The notes: generated by a model from the letters alone, not told the origin. A stretch of 64,000 nt of DNA from Patescibacteria group bacterium (GCA_028715115.1 JAQUSN010000002.1:210816-274815); one strand, 5' to 3'; shown: positions 39,742 to 50,012, counted from the stretch's first letter. Numbers and translations are program-made.

Positions 39742-40164
39742 CTAAATCTGGGTCAAGTCGCCATTAAGCACTACGTCAACCATGGCCTTAATTTCATCAA
39801 CGTAAGAAACGTTTTCCGGAATCGGGTTTAATAAAAACACTTTCTTATTATTGACGTAAGCAAAGCCGATTTCCATTAAAGTATTGCCGCCGATATAATT
39901 TTTAATACCGTTTTTATCAAAGTTACAAACTAAAAGTGCGTCACCCGATAAAATTATATCATACCAGGCCTTAATGTAATTATATTTTCTTTTTATCTCT
40001 GCATGCTCGCGACCGTCATCGCACAGAAGTTCCGGTGCATCGCCGCGAACAATACCAAAAACATCGCTATGCATTAATGGCTCATGGCCCATGGCTTTAA
40101 GCTTATTATAAACCTCAACCAACTTGTTAGCGCAAGCCATGCTGCCATTCACGGTTATTTTCAT
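39742..40164 (-). CDS. Nucleoside deoxyribosyltransferase-like fold protein
   Basis: KITVNGSM...DALLVCN...YIGGNTLMEIGFA. Confidence 0.7.
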   Translation of the reverse strand: MKITVNGSMACANKLVEVYNKLKAMGHEPLMHSDVFGIVRGDAPELLCDDGREHAEIKRKYNYIKAWYDIILSGDALLVCNFDKNGIKNYIGGNTLMEIGFAYVNNKKVFLLNPIPENVSYVDEIKAMVDVVLNGDLTQI

Positions 40165-40597
40165 GGGGTATAATATTTAGTTTTTTAAAAAAATATTCCC
40201 AAACATTTTGTAAATTTAATTTTCCCATTTCTTCTAAAGTATACCAGCCAATCGATTTTGTTTCTATTTTATTTTGCATTACCTCTCCTTCTGTGTCGCA
40301 TTCATATACGCGCCAATAATGAACTTCTATTCCTTTACTACAGGTATCCCAATCTAATTCTTCTTCCAATAATAATTTGTAATTTTTTACTTTTAATCCG
40401 CTTTCTTCCTCAACTTCACGAACCAAAGATTGTTCTGGCGTTTCGCCTTGATCAACATGGCCGGCCACGCAGGCAAAACCAAACGGAGTTTTCATGCGAT
40501 CGATTAACAAAAACTTTCCGCCTCGTTTAATCAAAGCACCAACTGAATAATGCTTGGACTTACCGTTGGCCGCTGTGTCTAAAATTGGACTAGACAT
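40127..40597 (-). CDS. NUDIX hydrolase
   Basis: AGHVDQGETPEQSLVREVEEESG. Confidence 0.92.
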   Translation of the reverse strand: MSSPILDTAANGKSKHYSVGALIKRGGKFLLIDRMKTPFGFACVAGHVDQGETPEQSLVREVEEESGLKVKNYKLLLEEELDWDTCSKGIEVHYWRVYECDTEGEVMQNKIETKSIGWYTLEEMGKLNLQNVWEYFFKKLNIIPHENNREWQHGLR

Positions 40598-40601
40598 AAA
40601 C

Positions 40602-41162
40602 TTATTTAATTTTAAGCGAAGAAACCATTAGTTCGATGGGTTGATTAATGGTTATGGTACGGTCGAGATTTCTACATTCGGTTTCAAATTGTGTTTCGCA
40701 ATATGCCCCGCAACTACCATCGCCACAACCAAGATGAGACCAAACCACAAAATATAAAACATAAAATTTTTGGTGCTTCTGGGCCACGTAGCAATAAGTA
40801 TTATATAACGAACCAGCGCCAGCATCCGAACCCTTCCAAAATTGATAACTGATTTTATTAATAGTCACGTCTTGTTCGACGCTGCCGGTCGGAAGCTCCG
40901 GACAACCGATCTTTAAGGCGTCTTGGCTGCTTTGGACGATTGTTAATTTTGGCGGCCAGGATTGCGCTCGCCAAACATTAGCGCCAAAAGTAGCTGGATA
41001 GCGAAAAGTAGTGCCGTTAATGTTGTCGAGATATGTCAGCCAATCACTGGGAATTTTATAGGCTGGATTATTTGGTTGGTAATTAACGATAAATTTAGTC
41101 GCCAATAAGAGCAAAATGGCGAAAACAATAACAATGATAATCCAAATGATTCTTTTTTTCAT
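40602..41162 (-). CDS. Membrane-anchored hypothetical protein, Cys-rich C-terminus
   Basis: Start at MKKRIIW preferred; N-terminal TM segment. Confidence 0.7.
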   Translation of the reverse strand: MKKRIIWIIIVIVFAILLLLATKFIVNYQPNNPAYKIPSDWLTYLDNINGTTFRYPATFGANVWRAQSWPPKLTIVQSSQDALKIGCPELPTGSVEQDVTINKISYQFWKGSDAGAGSLYNTYCYVAQKHQKFYVLYFVVWSHLGCGDGSCGAYCETQFETECRNLDRTITINQPIELMVSSLKIK

Positions 41163-41282
41163 AAAATTAAATTTATATATTAAAATTATATCTTGATATA
41201 ATTTTACTGTCAATATATTAAAATATCTTTAAAAAATAAAGGCGGCGCTTGCGCACCGCCTCGGTTACTGACACCTTCCTGC

Positions 41283-42026
41283 CTACTGCCTTGTCTTGGC
41301 CATGGCCTCCATCAGTCGAGGCCACTCTGCCTTCGGTTTCAAGATCACGTTGCCGGCTGCGATGTCAGCCGCAACTGCCGGATCGTCCTGCTTCCACTGC
41401 TCGGTTGGCTTATTGACCAGAGCCACAACCGGCCTCTTTTCCCATTCCATTTTACCGGAACGGTTCAAGAAACAACCAACCCCAACCAGTCTTGCGCCGG
41501 TAGTCCCAATCGCAGCAGCGGCCTGACCGGTAGTAGAGTAGTTATTGCAGACATCTTCCACCAACAGGCATGGCGCATCGCGACCGATGTCATGACGCGA
41601 CAGAACCAGTTCGGACTGCTCGCGGCTCGTACCGGTAGCCAAGGCCGTCACCCTCTTCTCCAGGAAGGCAAACCGCTTACGCAGCGCCATCGCTACCAAA
41701 GCGGCCAATACGATACCTCCCATAGGTGCACCAATGACGACGTCGAATTGCGAATCGAAATCGCCATGACGCAACTCAAAGCCCAGTCTCTCGGCTTCTT
41801 GTCGAAGAACGTTGGGGTCTTGCTCGAGTGTAGCAACGTTGAAGTAAACGTCGCCGACATACTGCAGTTTCTGCCCATCAGATCCCTCGTAACGGCCAGC
41901 ATAACCGACTAGAGGTCCGAGACGCTTGCCGGTTATGGGGTCTCTTGGACAGGCATAGTAGCCACCCGCGGCATGAAGTATATCTAGCGGATCACTTGCC
42001 GGACCTATTTCTTCCATTTCATTCAC
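41283..42026 (-). CDS. pyrE: Orotate phosphoribosyltransferase-like protein
   Basis: GAPMGG and LLVEDVCNNYST PRPP loop; directly follows pyrF. Confidence 0.75.
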   Translation of the reverse strand: MNEMEEIGPASDPLDILHAAGGYYACPRDPITGKRLGPLVGYAGRYEGSDGQKLQYVGDVYFNVATLEQDPNVLRQEAERLGFELRHGDFDSQFDVVIGAPMGGIVLAALVAMALRKRFAFLEKRVTALATGTSREQSELVLSRHDIGRDAPCLLVEDVCNNYSTTGQAAAAIGTTGARLVGVGCFLNRSGKMEWEKRPVVALVNKPTEQWKQDDPAVAADIAAGNVILKPKAEWPRLMEAMAKTRQ

Positions 42027-42050
42027 CTCCTTTCATTGGTGAGTTTGGAG

Positions 42051-42953
42051 TTATACGTGCTCGTCGCCAGCGGGAAAAGGAATGTCGCCGCCAGCCGCCC
42101 TGATCTGATCGCGTAGCTTCTCGGCTTCTGCGGCCGGATCGCTGGCGAAGATGATGCCGGACGATGAGTTGATGGTGATGGAACCGGGTCCTGCGAAAGC
42201 AGCCTTGACCGTCTCTTCGACGAATCCCTTCTGCGTTCCGATGCCCGGAATGAGCATCCACATCTCGTTGCCCACGATCTCCCTACATCTTGAAAGGTGC
42301 CAGAAGTAGACCTTGGACTCGTCGCTCGGATCCTTGTGAGCCGCGCCCATGACTACGCCGGCATTCTCGATGACCCCCAGCTCTTTCGACCACTGAAGCA
42401 GATTCTGGACCATGAACTCCCAGAAACGCAGACCGCTCTCCATCTTCGCATCCTAGATAACCCAGGCTTCTTTGTTGCTGGTCCGACCGAGGCCGACTAG
42501 TGCTCGACCCGGACGCTTTTCGTCGATCAGCGACATGAGCGTATCCTTGCCCATGTATCCGACGAAGTTCATCCCATCGGCGTTTTCGAGGCCGAGGTGA
42601 GTATTGCCGTAGAGCCTCTGAGTACGATCGATGTCGCCCCTCTTGCAGTCAACCATCACCGGAATGTCCGGATGATTCGCGTGGATGTAGCCGATGAGCA
42701 TCTTGAGAACCCCAAGCCCATCGGGAATTGCCTCCCAGTGAGCGTGCTGGAACTTGAACATCGACGCAGCGTGTTCGGTATCATCGATGACGCCCATCAT
42801 CCACAGATAGAGAGCGACATGCACAGCACATCCCATCTCCAGGAACCTGGACGGCATCCTCTCGATCAGCGGATCGAGGCCGACACAGACGAGGGAGTTT
42901 GCCCTCTTCTGCCTTTCTGTTAGCTTCTTGCGGAACCGTCTGTCTTCTGCCAT
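42051..42953 (-). pseudogene. pyrF: OMP decarboxylase interrupted by in-frame TAG
   Basis: VCVGLDP, DCKRGDI, RTSN, then WVI*DAK, GVVMGA, LIPGIGTQ, INSSSGII; both ORFs are in the same frame. Confidence 0.85.
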
Positions 42954-43108
42954 TACGAACTCCTTTGTGTTTGGTGTTTTTCCTAAAGAACAAGAGGCTA
43001 AGCCCTCCTAGCAGCTTTGCCCCCTCTATAATTACATTATCCTGCTTTTTCTAGTTTTGTCAATAATAAAAAATACCCCTATATTAAAAAGGTATTTTAA
43101 AGTTTAAT

Positions 43109-43615
43109 TTATAATAGATCCTTGACTCTCTCGAAATCATTTCTGAATCCTTCACAAAACTTATCATGATTTTCTTTCGTCCCCTGTTCTATCTCGTTAA
43201 ATGTCATTCTGCTATAAGAAACCAATTCATGATTAAGCTTCGGTTCCTGGTCTGTCTCGGCTAAAAATACGCCGCAAAAAATCTTAAACCTTTTTCCATT
43301 ATATTCATTCTCTTGATAAAACTTATCGAGCATTTTTAGCTCGCAGTCGATGCCCAATTCTTCCATTAATTCTCTTTTTGCCGCGGTTTCATAATCTTCA
43401 CCGGCATCAACGTTGCCAAAGGCAGATAAATCGTATTTATCGGCGTCTAGTTTTTTATGAGAAGCGCGCTTGCTGACTACAAATCTGTTGTTCGAATCGC
43501 GCACAAAAATAGCCACAACTCGGGAAATAAAATTAAGTTCTGGCTTTTTACTTTTTAATTCCTTGCCGATCACCTCGTCGTTTTCATCCACTACGTCTAC
43601 ATAATGATCTGCCAT
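43109..43615 (-). CDS. NUDIX hydrolase (IDI type 1-like)
   Basis: GNVDAGEDYETAAKRELMEELG. Confidence 0.88.
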   Translation of the reverse strand: MADHYVDVVDENDEVIGKELKSKKPELNFISRVVAIFVRDSNNRFVVSKRASHKKLDADKYDLSAFGNVDAGEDYETAAKRELMEELGIDCELKMLDKFYQENEYNGKRFKIFCGVFLAETDQEPKLNHELVSYSRMTFNEIEQGTKENHDKFCEGFRNDFERVKDLL

Positions 43616-43627
43616 AATTGTTGAAAA

Positions 43628-44044
43628 TTAAAATTCTTTACTCATATAATACCAATCGTGATTATAATAATAATCTAATAACACTGCATCTTTCTTATAT
43701 CCGCTCTTTTCATAAAACCTAATCGTATCTACGAAGACTGACGGTACTTTAATTACTGATTTCTTACAATTATTGTCGTTCGCCCATTTTTCAATATATT
43801 TAAGCAAATTAGTGCCAATACCCTTACCGGTTAATTCGTTTTTGACCAGGATATCTCTTATTTCGACCACGCCCCCTCTAAGTTCAACTTTAGCATAAGC
43901 TGATAAATTTTTATCAACATAAACTCCAAAGAAAAATGTTTCCTTTGGAGGCAAAAGATTATATTTTTTATTTATGACTTCCCATTCTTTGTCGAAAAAT
44001 TCTTTAATTTCCGTTGCATTAATTTGCTGTATTCGAATATCCAT
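43628..44044 (-). CDS. GNAT acetyltransferase
   Basis: VKNELTGKGIGTNLL, RFYEKSGY. Confidence 0.9.
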   Translation of the reverse strand: MDIRIQQINATEIKEFFDKEWEVINKKYNLLPPKETFFFGVYVDKNLSAYAKVELRGGVVEIRDILVKNELTGKGIGTNLLKYIEKWANDNNCKKSVIKVPSVFVDTIRFYEKSGYKKDAVLLDYYYNHDWYYMSKEF

Positions 44045-44120
44045 TTCAATTAAATAAATTTATATCATTGGCAAAACTGCGAGGCTTGGATTCCCGGCCC
44101 AAGGCCGATCGGAGTCTAAT

Positions 44121-44191
44121 CTGGGAGACCTGGATTCGAACCAGGATAGACAGATCCAGAGTCTGCCGTCCTACCGTTAGACGATCTCCCA
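44121..44191 (-). tRNA. tRNA-Gln(CUG)
   Basis: TGGGAGA TC GTCTAACGGTAGGAC G GCAGA-CTCTGGA-TCTGT...CCTGGTTCGAATCCAGG TCTCCCA G; CCA not encoded. Confidence 0.93.
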
Positions 44192-44264
44192 GATTAGACT
44201 CCGCTATACAATATTCTAACATTCTTAAGAATGTTAGAATATTATTTTATGAAAAAAATAAAGT

Positions 44265-45350
44265 TTATGAGCAAATTTTAATAACAGCCAGTTCTAGCGG
44301 CAGCTGAGGAATCTTGGCGTATGATAATTCTTGCTGCACGGAAATAAATTGTTCAATCATCAATATCAAAGCGTTCTGCTCAAATTTATTCGCAAAATCT
44401 CTTACTTTTTCTTGAACCTCATTGTCTAAATATTGTAAAATCCTTTCTTGATCAGCACCAACTTTAACTAATAAAACTTTTCGCAAAAATTCTATCAAAT
44501 CCTTGGTAAATTGTTCTAAATCAACGCCCTCTTCAAGTAATTTATTTATCAATCCTATCGCCTCTTTCTTATCTTTAGAGGCCAGTAATTTAACAAAATT
44601 AACTATTAGATTCAACTTAGTCGAAGGAATGACGAGTGACGCTTCTTCCATAGTAATTTCTTGGTCGTCAAATGTAAAAATCTGCGATAGCAAACTTTCG
44701 GCATCGCGCACACTGCCTTCAGAACGTTGGGCAATAATTTTTAAAACTTCTGACTCTATTTTAACCTTTTCACTTTTAGCGATTTTAGCCAAACGTTCGA
44801 CAATTTTATCTAAATCAACCTTGGTTAAATCAAATCTCTGGCAGCGCGAAATAATCGTATCTGGAACTTTATGGATTTCGGTCGTGGCTAAGATGAAAAT
44901 AATATATGACGGCGGCTCTTCCAGCGTCTTCAAGAGCGCGTTAAAGGCCGCGGTCGAAAGCATGTGAACTTCGTCGATGATAAAAATTTTATATTTTCCT
45001 CTCGATGGCGGCACGCGCGTGCCGGCGATAATGTTCTCGCGAACATTGTCCACGCCTGTTTGCGAAGCGGCATCCATTTCAATTAAATCAAAAAATTTAC
45101 CCTGCATTAATTCCAAACAATTGGAACATTTATTGCATGGCTCACTCTCGCCTTTCTTGCGATTCTCACAATTAACCGCTTTGGCCACTAAGCGCGCCAA
45201 GGTTGTTTTACCTAAACCTCGAGGACCGGTTAAAAGATAAGCATGAGCTAAGCGTTCTTGCTTAATCTCATTTTCCAAAGTTCTAATAACGTGTTCTTGG
45301 CCAATAACCTCGCTAAAGTTTTGTGGACGATATTTACGATAAATTACCAT
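44265..45350 (-). CDS. dnaX: DNA polymerase III subunit gamma/tau
   Basis: YRKYRP, GPRGLGKT, zinc CxxC, DEVHMLS, SRCQ. Confidence 0.96.
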   Translation of the reverse strand: MVIYRKYRPQNFSEVIGQEHVIRTLENEIKQERLAHAYLLTGPRGLGKTTLARLVAKAVNCENRKKGESEPCNKCSNCLELMQGKFFDLIEMDAASQTGVDNVRENIIAGTRVPPSRGKYKIFIIDEVHMLSTAAFNALLKTLEEPPSYIIFILATTEIHKVPDTIISRCQRFDLTKVDLDKIVERLAKIAKSEKVKIESEVLKIIAQRSEGSVRDAESLLSQIFTFDDQEITMEEASLVIPSTKLNLIVNFVKLLASKDKKEAIGLINKLLEEGVDLEQFTKDLIEFLRKVLLVKVGADQERILQYLDNEVQEKVRDFANKFEQNALILMIEQFISVQQELSYAKIPQLPLELAVIKICS

Positions 45351-45498
45351 AGTATAGAAAATAGAAGTTAGAAAACAGAAAATAGAATAATGCCGTTAAT
45401 CACCAGTCACCAATGCCCAATTTCCAAAATAATTTATAAAAATTCTTAAAAAAAATTATTCGCAATTCGTTTAAAACTAGTAATTATTAGGAAAGGCA

Positions 45499-46686
45499 TC
45501 AGTCACCGCTGCAGTTGGTACAATTACTGCAAAATGCTTTTGATTGATATCGACGACAAAGAGCGCAAACTTCGCAAGATTGAAGAGCGCGTTTATAAAC
45601 ACGGACTTCATCTTCTAGACCGTTGGAGTAATAACCACCTGAGTACGTTCCTATATTAGTGCTACTGCCGGTTATTAATGATCCTGAAACATTTTGCTGT
45701 GTTGTTTGCGAAGCATCAATATAGGCAGTCAATTTTGAACCGTTATAAGTAAAGCTTAAAAAATGCCAATTACCATCTGTCAAACCAGATCCCGAATTAA
45801 ATACTTGTCTACTCATCGTATTAGTAGTTACGCCGGTTCTAATCTGACCGCCAGAATCAGGAACGCTATTTTCGATTTGTGTACCTTGCATAAAAATAAT
45901 ATGATAACCACTTGCCGGGACTCCTAATCTTTTAAACCAACCAATCACAGATACATATTCAGGTGGGTTTACCGGATTAACCTTTACATAATTGCTTGTT
46001 CCATTAAAACTTAAACAATTGCCAGAGATACAATTTGATGTTTGCCAAGTCGGACCAGCTGCCGGGCAAGTACTAGCATCACACAATTGTCCGTTATTGG
46101 CATAGGCAGATGAATCATTAGCATCAGTTCCGCTGCCTTCATTAAAGTGCCAATCACCCACAATTGAGGTGTCTTGGTATTGCTGTTGGTTGGTCATAAT
46201 CTGATTTAAGGTCGTATTGGTCAAAGAGATTTGACTGGTTTGAGCTCCGGCAGATTTGTAGATCTCATAGTAGCTTGAAGCAGTGCCGTTGTCGCTTGAG
46301 GCAGAAGCGGTATCTCGTTCCAGATAGACAGCTAACTTGTAATTGATGCCAGTTGAATCAGAAATATAGTAATAGCAGTATTTGGAAGAATTGGGGTCAG
46401 TGGGCAAAGAAGAAAGATAGGTGGAATTAATCAGAGCAGTAATTAAAGGATTGTAAGGGTCTGAAGTACAACCTCCTGAAGCCCAAATGGGATAAACCCC
46501 ATTAGTATTAAGATAAAGATCAAGTGTTTTAGAGAATTGGTTTAAGTCCCCTATTCTTCGCACATCCCTGGCTTTGGCCGAAGCTGTAGAAACAGAGGTT
46601 AAGGCAATAGCTGAGAGAAGACCGATAATGGCGACTACGACCAGGAGTTCGATCAAGGTGAAGCTTCTGCGAGAACGGCTAGACAT
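45499..46686 (-). CDS. Type IV pilin-like protein fused to LamG domain
   Basis: SFTLIELLVVVAIIGLL prepilin motif, KARDVRR, WHFNEGSG...DEVRVYKRAL. Confidence 0.88.
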   Translation of the reverse strand: MSSRSRRSFTLIELLVVVAIIGLLSAIALTSVSTASAKARDVRRIGDLNQFSKTLDLYLNTNGVYPIWASGGCTSDPYNPLITALINSTYLSSLPTDPNSSKYCYYYISDSTGINYKLAVYLERDTASASSDNGTASSYYEIYKSAGAQTSQISLTNTTLNQIMTNQQQYQDTSIVGDWHFNEGSGTDANDSSAYANNGQLCDASTCPAAGPTWQTSNCISGNCLSFNGTSNYVKVNPVNPPEYVSVIGWFKRLGVPASGYHIIFMQGTQIENSVPDSGGQIRTGVTTNTMSRQVFNSGSGLTDGNWHFLSFTYNGSKLTAYIDASQTTQQNVSGSLITGSSTNIGTYSGGYYSNGLEDEVRVYKRALQSCEVCALCRRYQSKAFCSNCTNCSGD

Positions 46687-46723
46687 AAAATTAAATTATG
46701 AACAAAATATCATATAATAATAT

Positions 46724-47260
46724 TTATATCACATATAGGTAGACTGGTTTGTCTTGCGGCGTGGGCCGAATAATTTTTATCGGCGTCAGAGCTTTAATTT
46801 GAAAACAAATAGAGACAACGCGTGTACCGGGCTTTAAATTAGATAATAATTTTGGTCCTAAACGATCCATCAAAGCCGGCATTAAAAAAAGCGCTACGGC
46901 GGTCGCGTCAGAATAATCGGCTTTTAAAATATCGCCACATCTAACTTGCGCTAATTTATCTAAACCTAAAAATTTAATTCGCCAATTAGCGTAGATACAC
47001 AACCACCAAACCAATTCAATGCCTCTTGCTTTAACGTGATATTTTTTAGCCGCTTCAATGGTTATTCGTCCGTCTCCACAGCCTAAATCGTAAAAAATAT
47101 CATTTGGCTGAAGTTCCAGCGCTTCAAGAGCTCGATCAATGTATTTTTTCATCAGCGGTATCCAAGGTGTGGCAAAACTAAGCCCAAGAAATAATAAAGA
47201 AAAAAATACAAAGGCTAGGAATAAAATTATTATCAGTAGAATCGTTAAAAAAATAAGCAT
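46724..47260 (-). CDS. SAM-dependent methyltransferase
   Basis: YDLGCGDGR, GIE, LKPGTRVVS. Confidence 0.9.
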   Translation of the reverse strand: MLIFLTILLIIILFLAFVFFSLLFLGLSFATPWIPLMKKYIDRALEALELQPNDIFYDLGCGDGRITIEAAKKYHVKARGIELVWWLCIYANWRIKFLGLDKLAQVRCGDILKADYSDATAVALFLMPALMDRLGPKLLSNLKPGTRVVSICFQIKALTPIKIIRPTPQDKPVYLYVI

Positions 47261-47263
47261 AGA

Positions 47264-49843
47264 TTAAAGCGTCGAAGTTGGAGTAGAAGCAGGACCGTAA
47301 TTAGGCGTAGTTGGTTTTTTGTCTAATTCAATTGCTTTGGCTCTTTCTAAAATTTCGCTCTCAACAACCGCTTTGGGTCGGCCGTATTTTAAGTGCGACA
47401 TTTCTTTTACTAACTTCGCCACTTCTTCGTTCCCTTTGCGCGGCGGCATGCCCAACATATTAAACGGCCTGACTGCTTCTTTATCAACCAGTAATTTCAC
47501 GTAAGCGTTAAATCGCTCAACATTAATTAAATCATATTCATTTAAAACGGGCGCAAATTGTTTAACCAAAACTTGCGCATCTTCAATGCCGATATTAAAA
47601 GCTATCATCGTGCCTACCGTGCCCAGCACCGCGTCGCGAATTGAAGTGTCGTTATTTTTTGTCAGCTGCCCCATATATTGATGGGCAATGGTCAGATCAA
47701 GTTTATATTTTCTCGCTTCGGACAAAATCACGCCAATCGTATCAGTGATAAAATTCTGGAACTCATCAATGTATAAATAAAAATCTCGGCGATTTTCTTC
47801 GGTGGTATCAGCGCGTGAAAACGCGGCCATAGTAATTTTACCAACGATAACTAAGCCCAAAAGATATGCATTCAGATCTCCCACCAAGCCTTTTGGCAAG
47901 GTTACCAGCACGATTTTGCCTTCGTCCATGGCCTTGCGGAAATTAAAAGCACTGGCCTGCTGGCCGATAATCGGCCGCATAATATCGTTAGAAATAAATT
48001 GATTCAACTTTGAAGTGATATAAGGAGTCATGTTGGAAAGAGCTGCTTCACCGCCAGCCTTCTCGGCTTCTTTAATCCAGAAATCGCGCACTACCGGATT
48101 GGTACAATGTTTTAATTTAAAATGGCGGAATTCAGGGTCGGCCATTACTTTGGGAATTTCCATTAGCGTCGAACCGGATTCGGGATGTTCCATAATCAAC
48201 AGCATGGCGTTACGCATATATTGTTCGAACATCGGGCCACCGGTTTGGCGCAAATCATAAAGCTTATCCATTATCTTAATCATTTCGTTAATCACAAAAG
48301 TTTTTTGTTCCGGATATTTTGAATCGTATTCAAGTAGATTCAAGCCCATCGGCCTATCAATATTGGCCGGATTAAAATAAATTACGTCCTCAGCTCGCTC
48401 TTTGGGAACGTTAGCTAAAATATTTTCCACTAAATCGCCATTCGGATCAATAACGCAAACGCCCTCGCCGTTTTCGATATCTTGAATGGCCATATTGGAG
48501 ATCAGGACGGATTTACCCACGCCGGTTTTACCGATTAGATATACATGTCGGCGGCGATCGTCGCGTTTAATGCGGATAATTTTTTCTTCTCCGCGATAAA
48601 TGTTTTTGCCTAAAATAATTCCTTCGGTCGGAATATTAACCGGCGCCGGAGCCTTCTTGGCTAAGAGCCACTGAATATTCGGCACTTCGGTAATTGATAA
48701 AGGAAAATGAAACAAACTGGTCAACTCTTCAGTATTTAAAACAAAACCGGTAGACGGAATAAAATCGCGATAAATAAAATTACGAACTACGTTAGCCGAG
48801 GCGCTGGTTGGCACGGCCTTAAAACCATTGCCATATTCATAACCGGTATACTGAGCAAAAGAATTTAAAATATTTTGCAAAGACATTTTAGCCGCATTTT
48901 TGTCCTGGCTGGCCACGACTATTCTAATATTAATATCAAGTCCTGCTTTCGAACTTTTTGCCTCTAAACCTTTGATTATCTCTTGCTCCATTGGTGAAAG
49001 CTGATGTGGCTTATTTATATCTTTTAACTGGTCTTTTTTGTTATCGGTGGCATAAAAACTTTTCACGAATTTCCAAACGCCGCCCTTTTTCTTGCTCATC
49101 ACTTCGCTCAACTTTTTTCCTTGCTGCATTTCAGTCGCAATCTTGGCGCCGACGCGATGCCACTCGGCATTAGCCGAACGCGCGACTATCTGAATAGCTG
49201 CCGAGCTGCCCTGCGGAATCTTTGATAAAGAAGTTAAAATGCCATTTAATGGATCATTTTCTAGCTGTTGGTAAGTTTTAATGGGAAAGGCCCATTTATT
49301 ACGAAGTTTGAGGTAGGCCGACTCGATTTGGGATTTAGAATCAAAAAGATTATAATCTTCAACTGTTTCGATTTGGGCGGCCGGATGTTGAGCATGAATT
49401 TGCTGTTCAACAAATTGCCTTAAAGATTTTGGCATCACGACGTAAAAACGGATCACGCCATCCTTGTTGATTACTATTTCAAAACTAATATGATCGTTAC
49501 GGCCCAAAAAATTTACCTTCAAACCGTGTTGAGCTTTTAATCCGCCGATATTAGCAAAAAAACCTTCCATCGGCGATAGCAAATCCTTGATTTGCTTTTG
49601 TTGTTTATTGTCGTCGCCACTCGATTCTTTGGGCACGGTGATTAATAAAACCACTTTGTCAAAAGCAGTCGAAAAACGGGCTATATTTTTTAAATAATTT
49701 TTTAATACAGCGAAAATAATTAAAAATAAAATAATAATTCCGATAAAAATTAAAAAATAAATGAAAAATCCGCCACTAAGCAATCCTATTCCTGCTTGTT
49801 GGGCGGTATTGAGATCTAAACTTGGCACTTGAAGATCATTCAT
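47264..49843 (-). CDS. VirD4/TraD-like (HerA/FtsK clan) ATPase
   Basis: DRRRHVYLIGKTGVGKS, YLYIDEFQNF, SEARKY...AHQY. Confidence 0.88.
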   Translation of the reverse strand: MNDLQVPSLDLNTAQQAGIGLLSGGFFIYFLIFIGIIILFLIIFAVLKNYLKNIARFSTAFDKVVLLITVPKESSGDDNKQQKQIKDLLSPMEGFFANIGGLKAQHGLKVNFLGRNDHISFEIVINKDGVIRFYVVMPKSLRQFVEQQIHAQHPAAQIETVEDYNLFDSKSQIESAYLKLRNKWAFPIKTYQQLENDPLNGILTSLSKIPQGSSAAIQIVARSANAEWHRVGAKIATEMQQGKKLSEVMSKKKGGVWKFVKSFYATDNKKDQLKDINKPHQLSPMEQEIIKGLEAKSSKAGLDINIRIVVASQDKNAAKMSLQNILNSFAQYTGYEYGNGFKAVPTSASANVVRNFIYRDFIPSTGFVLNTEELTSLFHFPLSITEVPNIQWLLAKKAPAPVNIPTEGIILGKNIYRGEEKIIRIKRDDRRRHVYLIGKTGVGKSVLISNMAIQDIENGEGVCVIDPNGDLVENILANVPKERAEDVIYFNPANIDRPMGLNLLEYDSKYPEQKTFVINEMIKIMDKLYDLRQTGGPMFEQYMRNAMLLIMEHPESGSTLMEIPKVMADPEFRHFKLKHCTNPVVRDFWIKEAEKAGGEAALSNMTPYITSKLNQFISNDIMRPIIGQQASAFNFRKAMDEGKIVLVTLPKGLVGDLNAYLLGLVIVGKITMAAFSRADTTEENRRDFYLYIDEFQNFITDTIGVILSEARKYKLDLTIAHQYMGQLTKNNDTSIRDAVLGTVGTMIAFNIGIEDAQVLVKQFAPVLNEYDLINVERFNAYVKLLVDKEAVRPFNMLGMPPRKGNEEVAKLVKEMSHLKYGRPKAVVESEILERAKAIELDKKPTTPNYGPASTPTSTL

Positions 49844-50012
49844 AAAATATAAAAAATAAAACCTAAAAGATAAAAAATATAAATGCCAATGCGCCGATTA
49901 AAAATTAAATCACAAGCACAAAATTACAAATCAAAATTTAAAAATTTAAATTCTAGATTATATTTTCCTGTCTACCGCCTGCCTAACGGTAGTCAGGGCG
50001 GGCAGGTAGATT

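Noticed and set aside
42453-44191. TAG-to-Gln recoding or amber suppression by the nearby tRNA-Gln
   Set aside because: The anticodon is CUG, not CUA, and several genes including pyrE end normally at TAG
47264-49843. Conjugative element around the VirD4-like ATPase
   Set aside because: No relaxase or mating-pair genes; it sits among housekeeping genes
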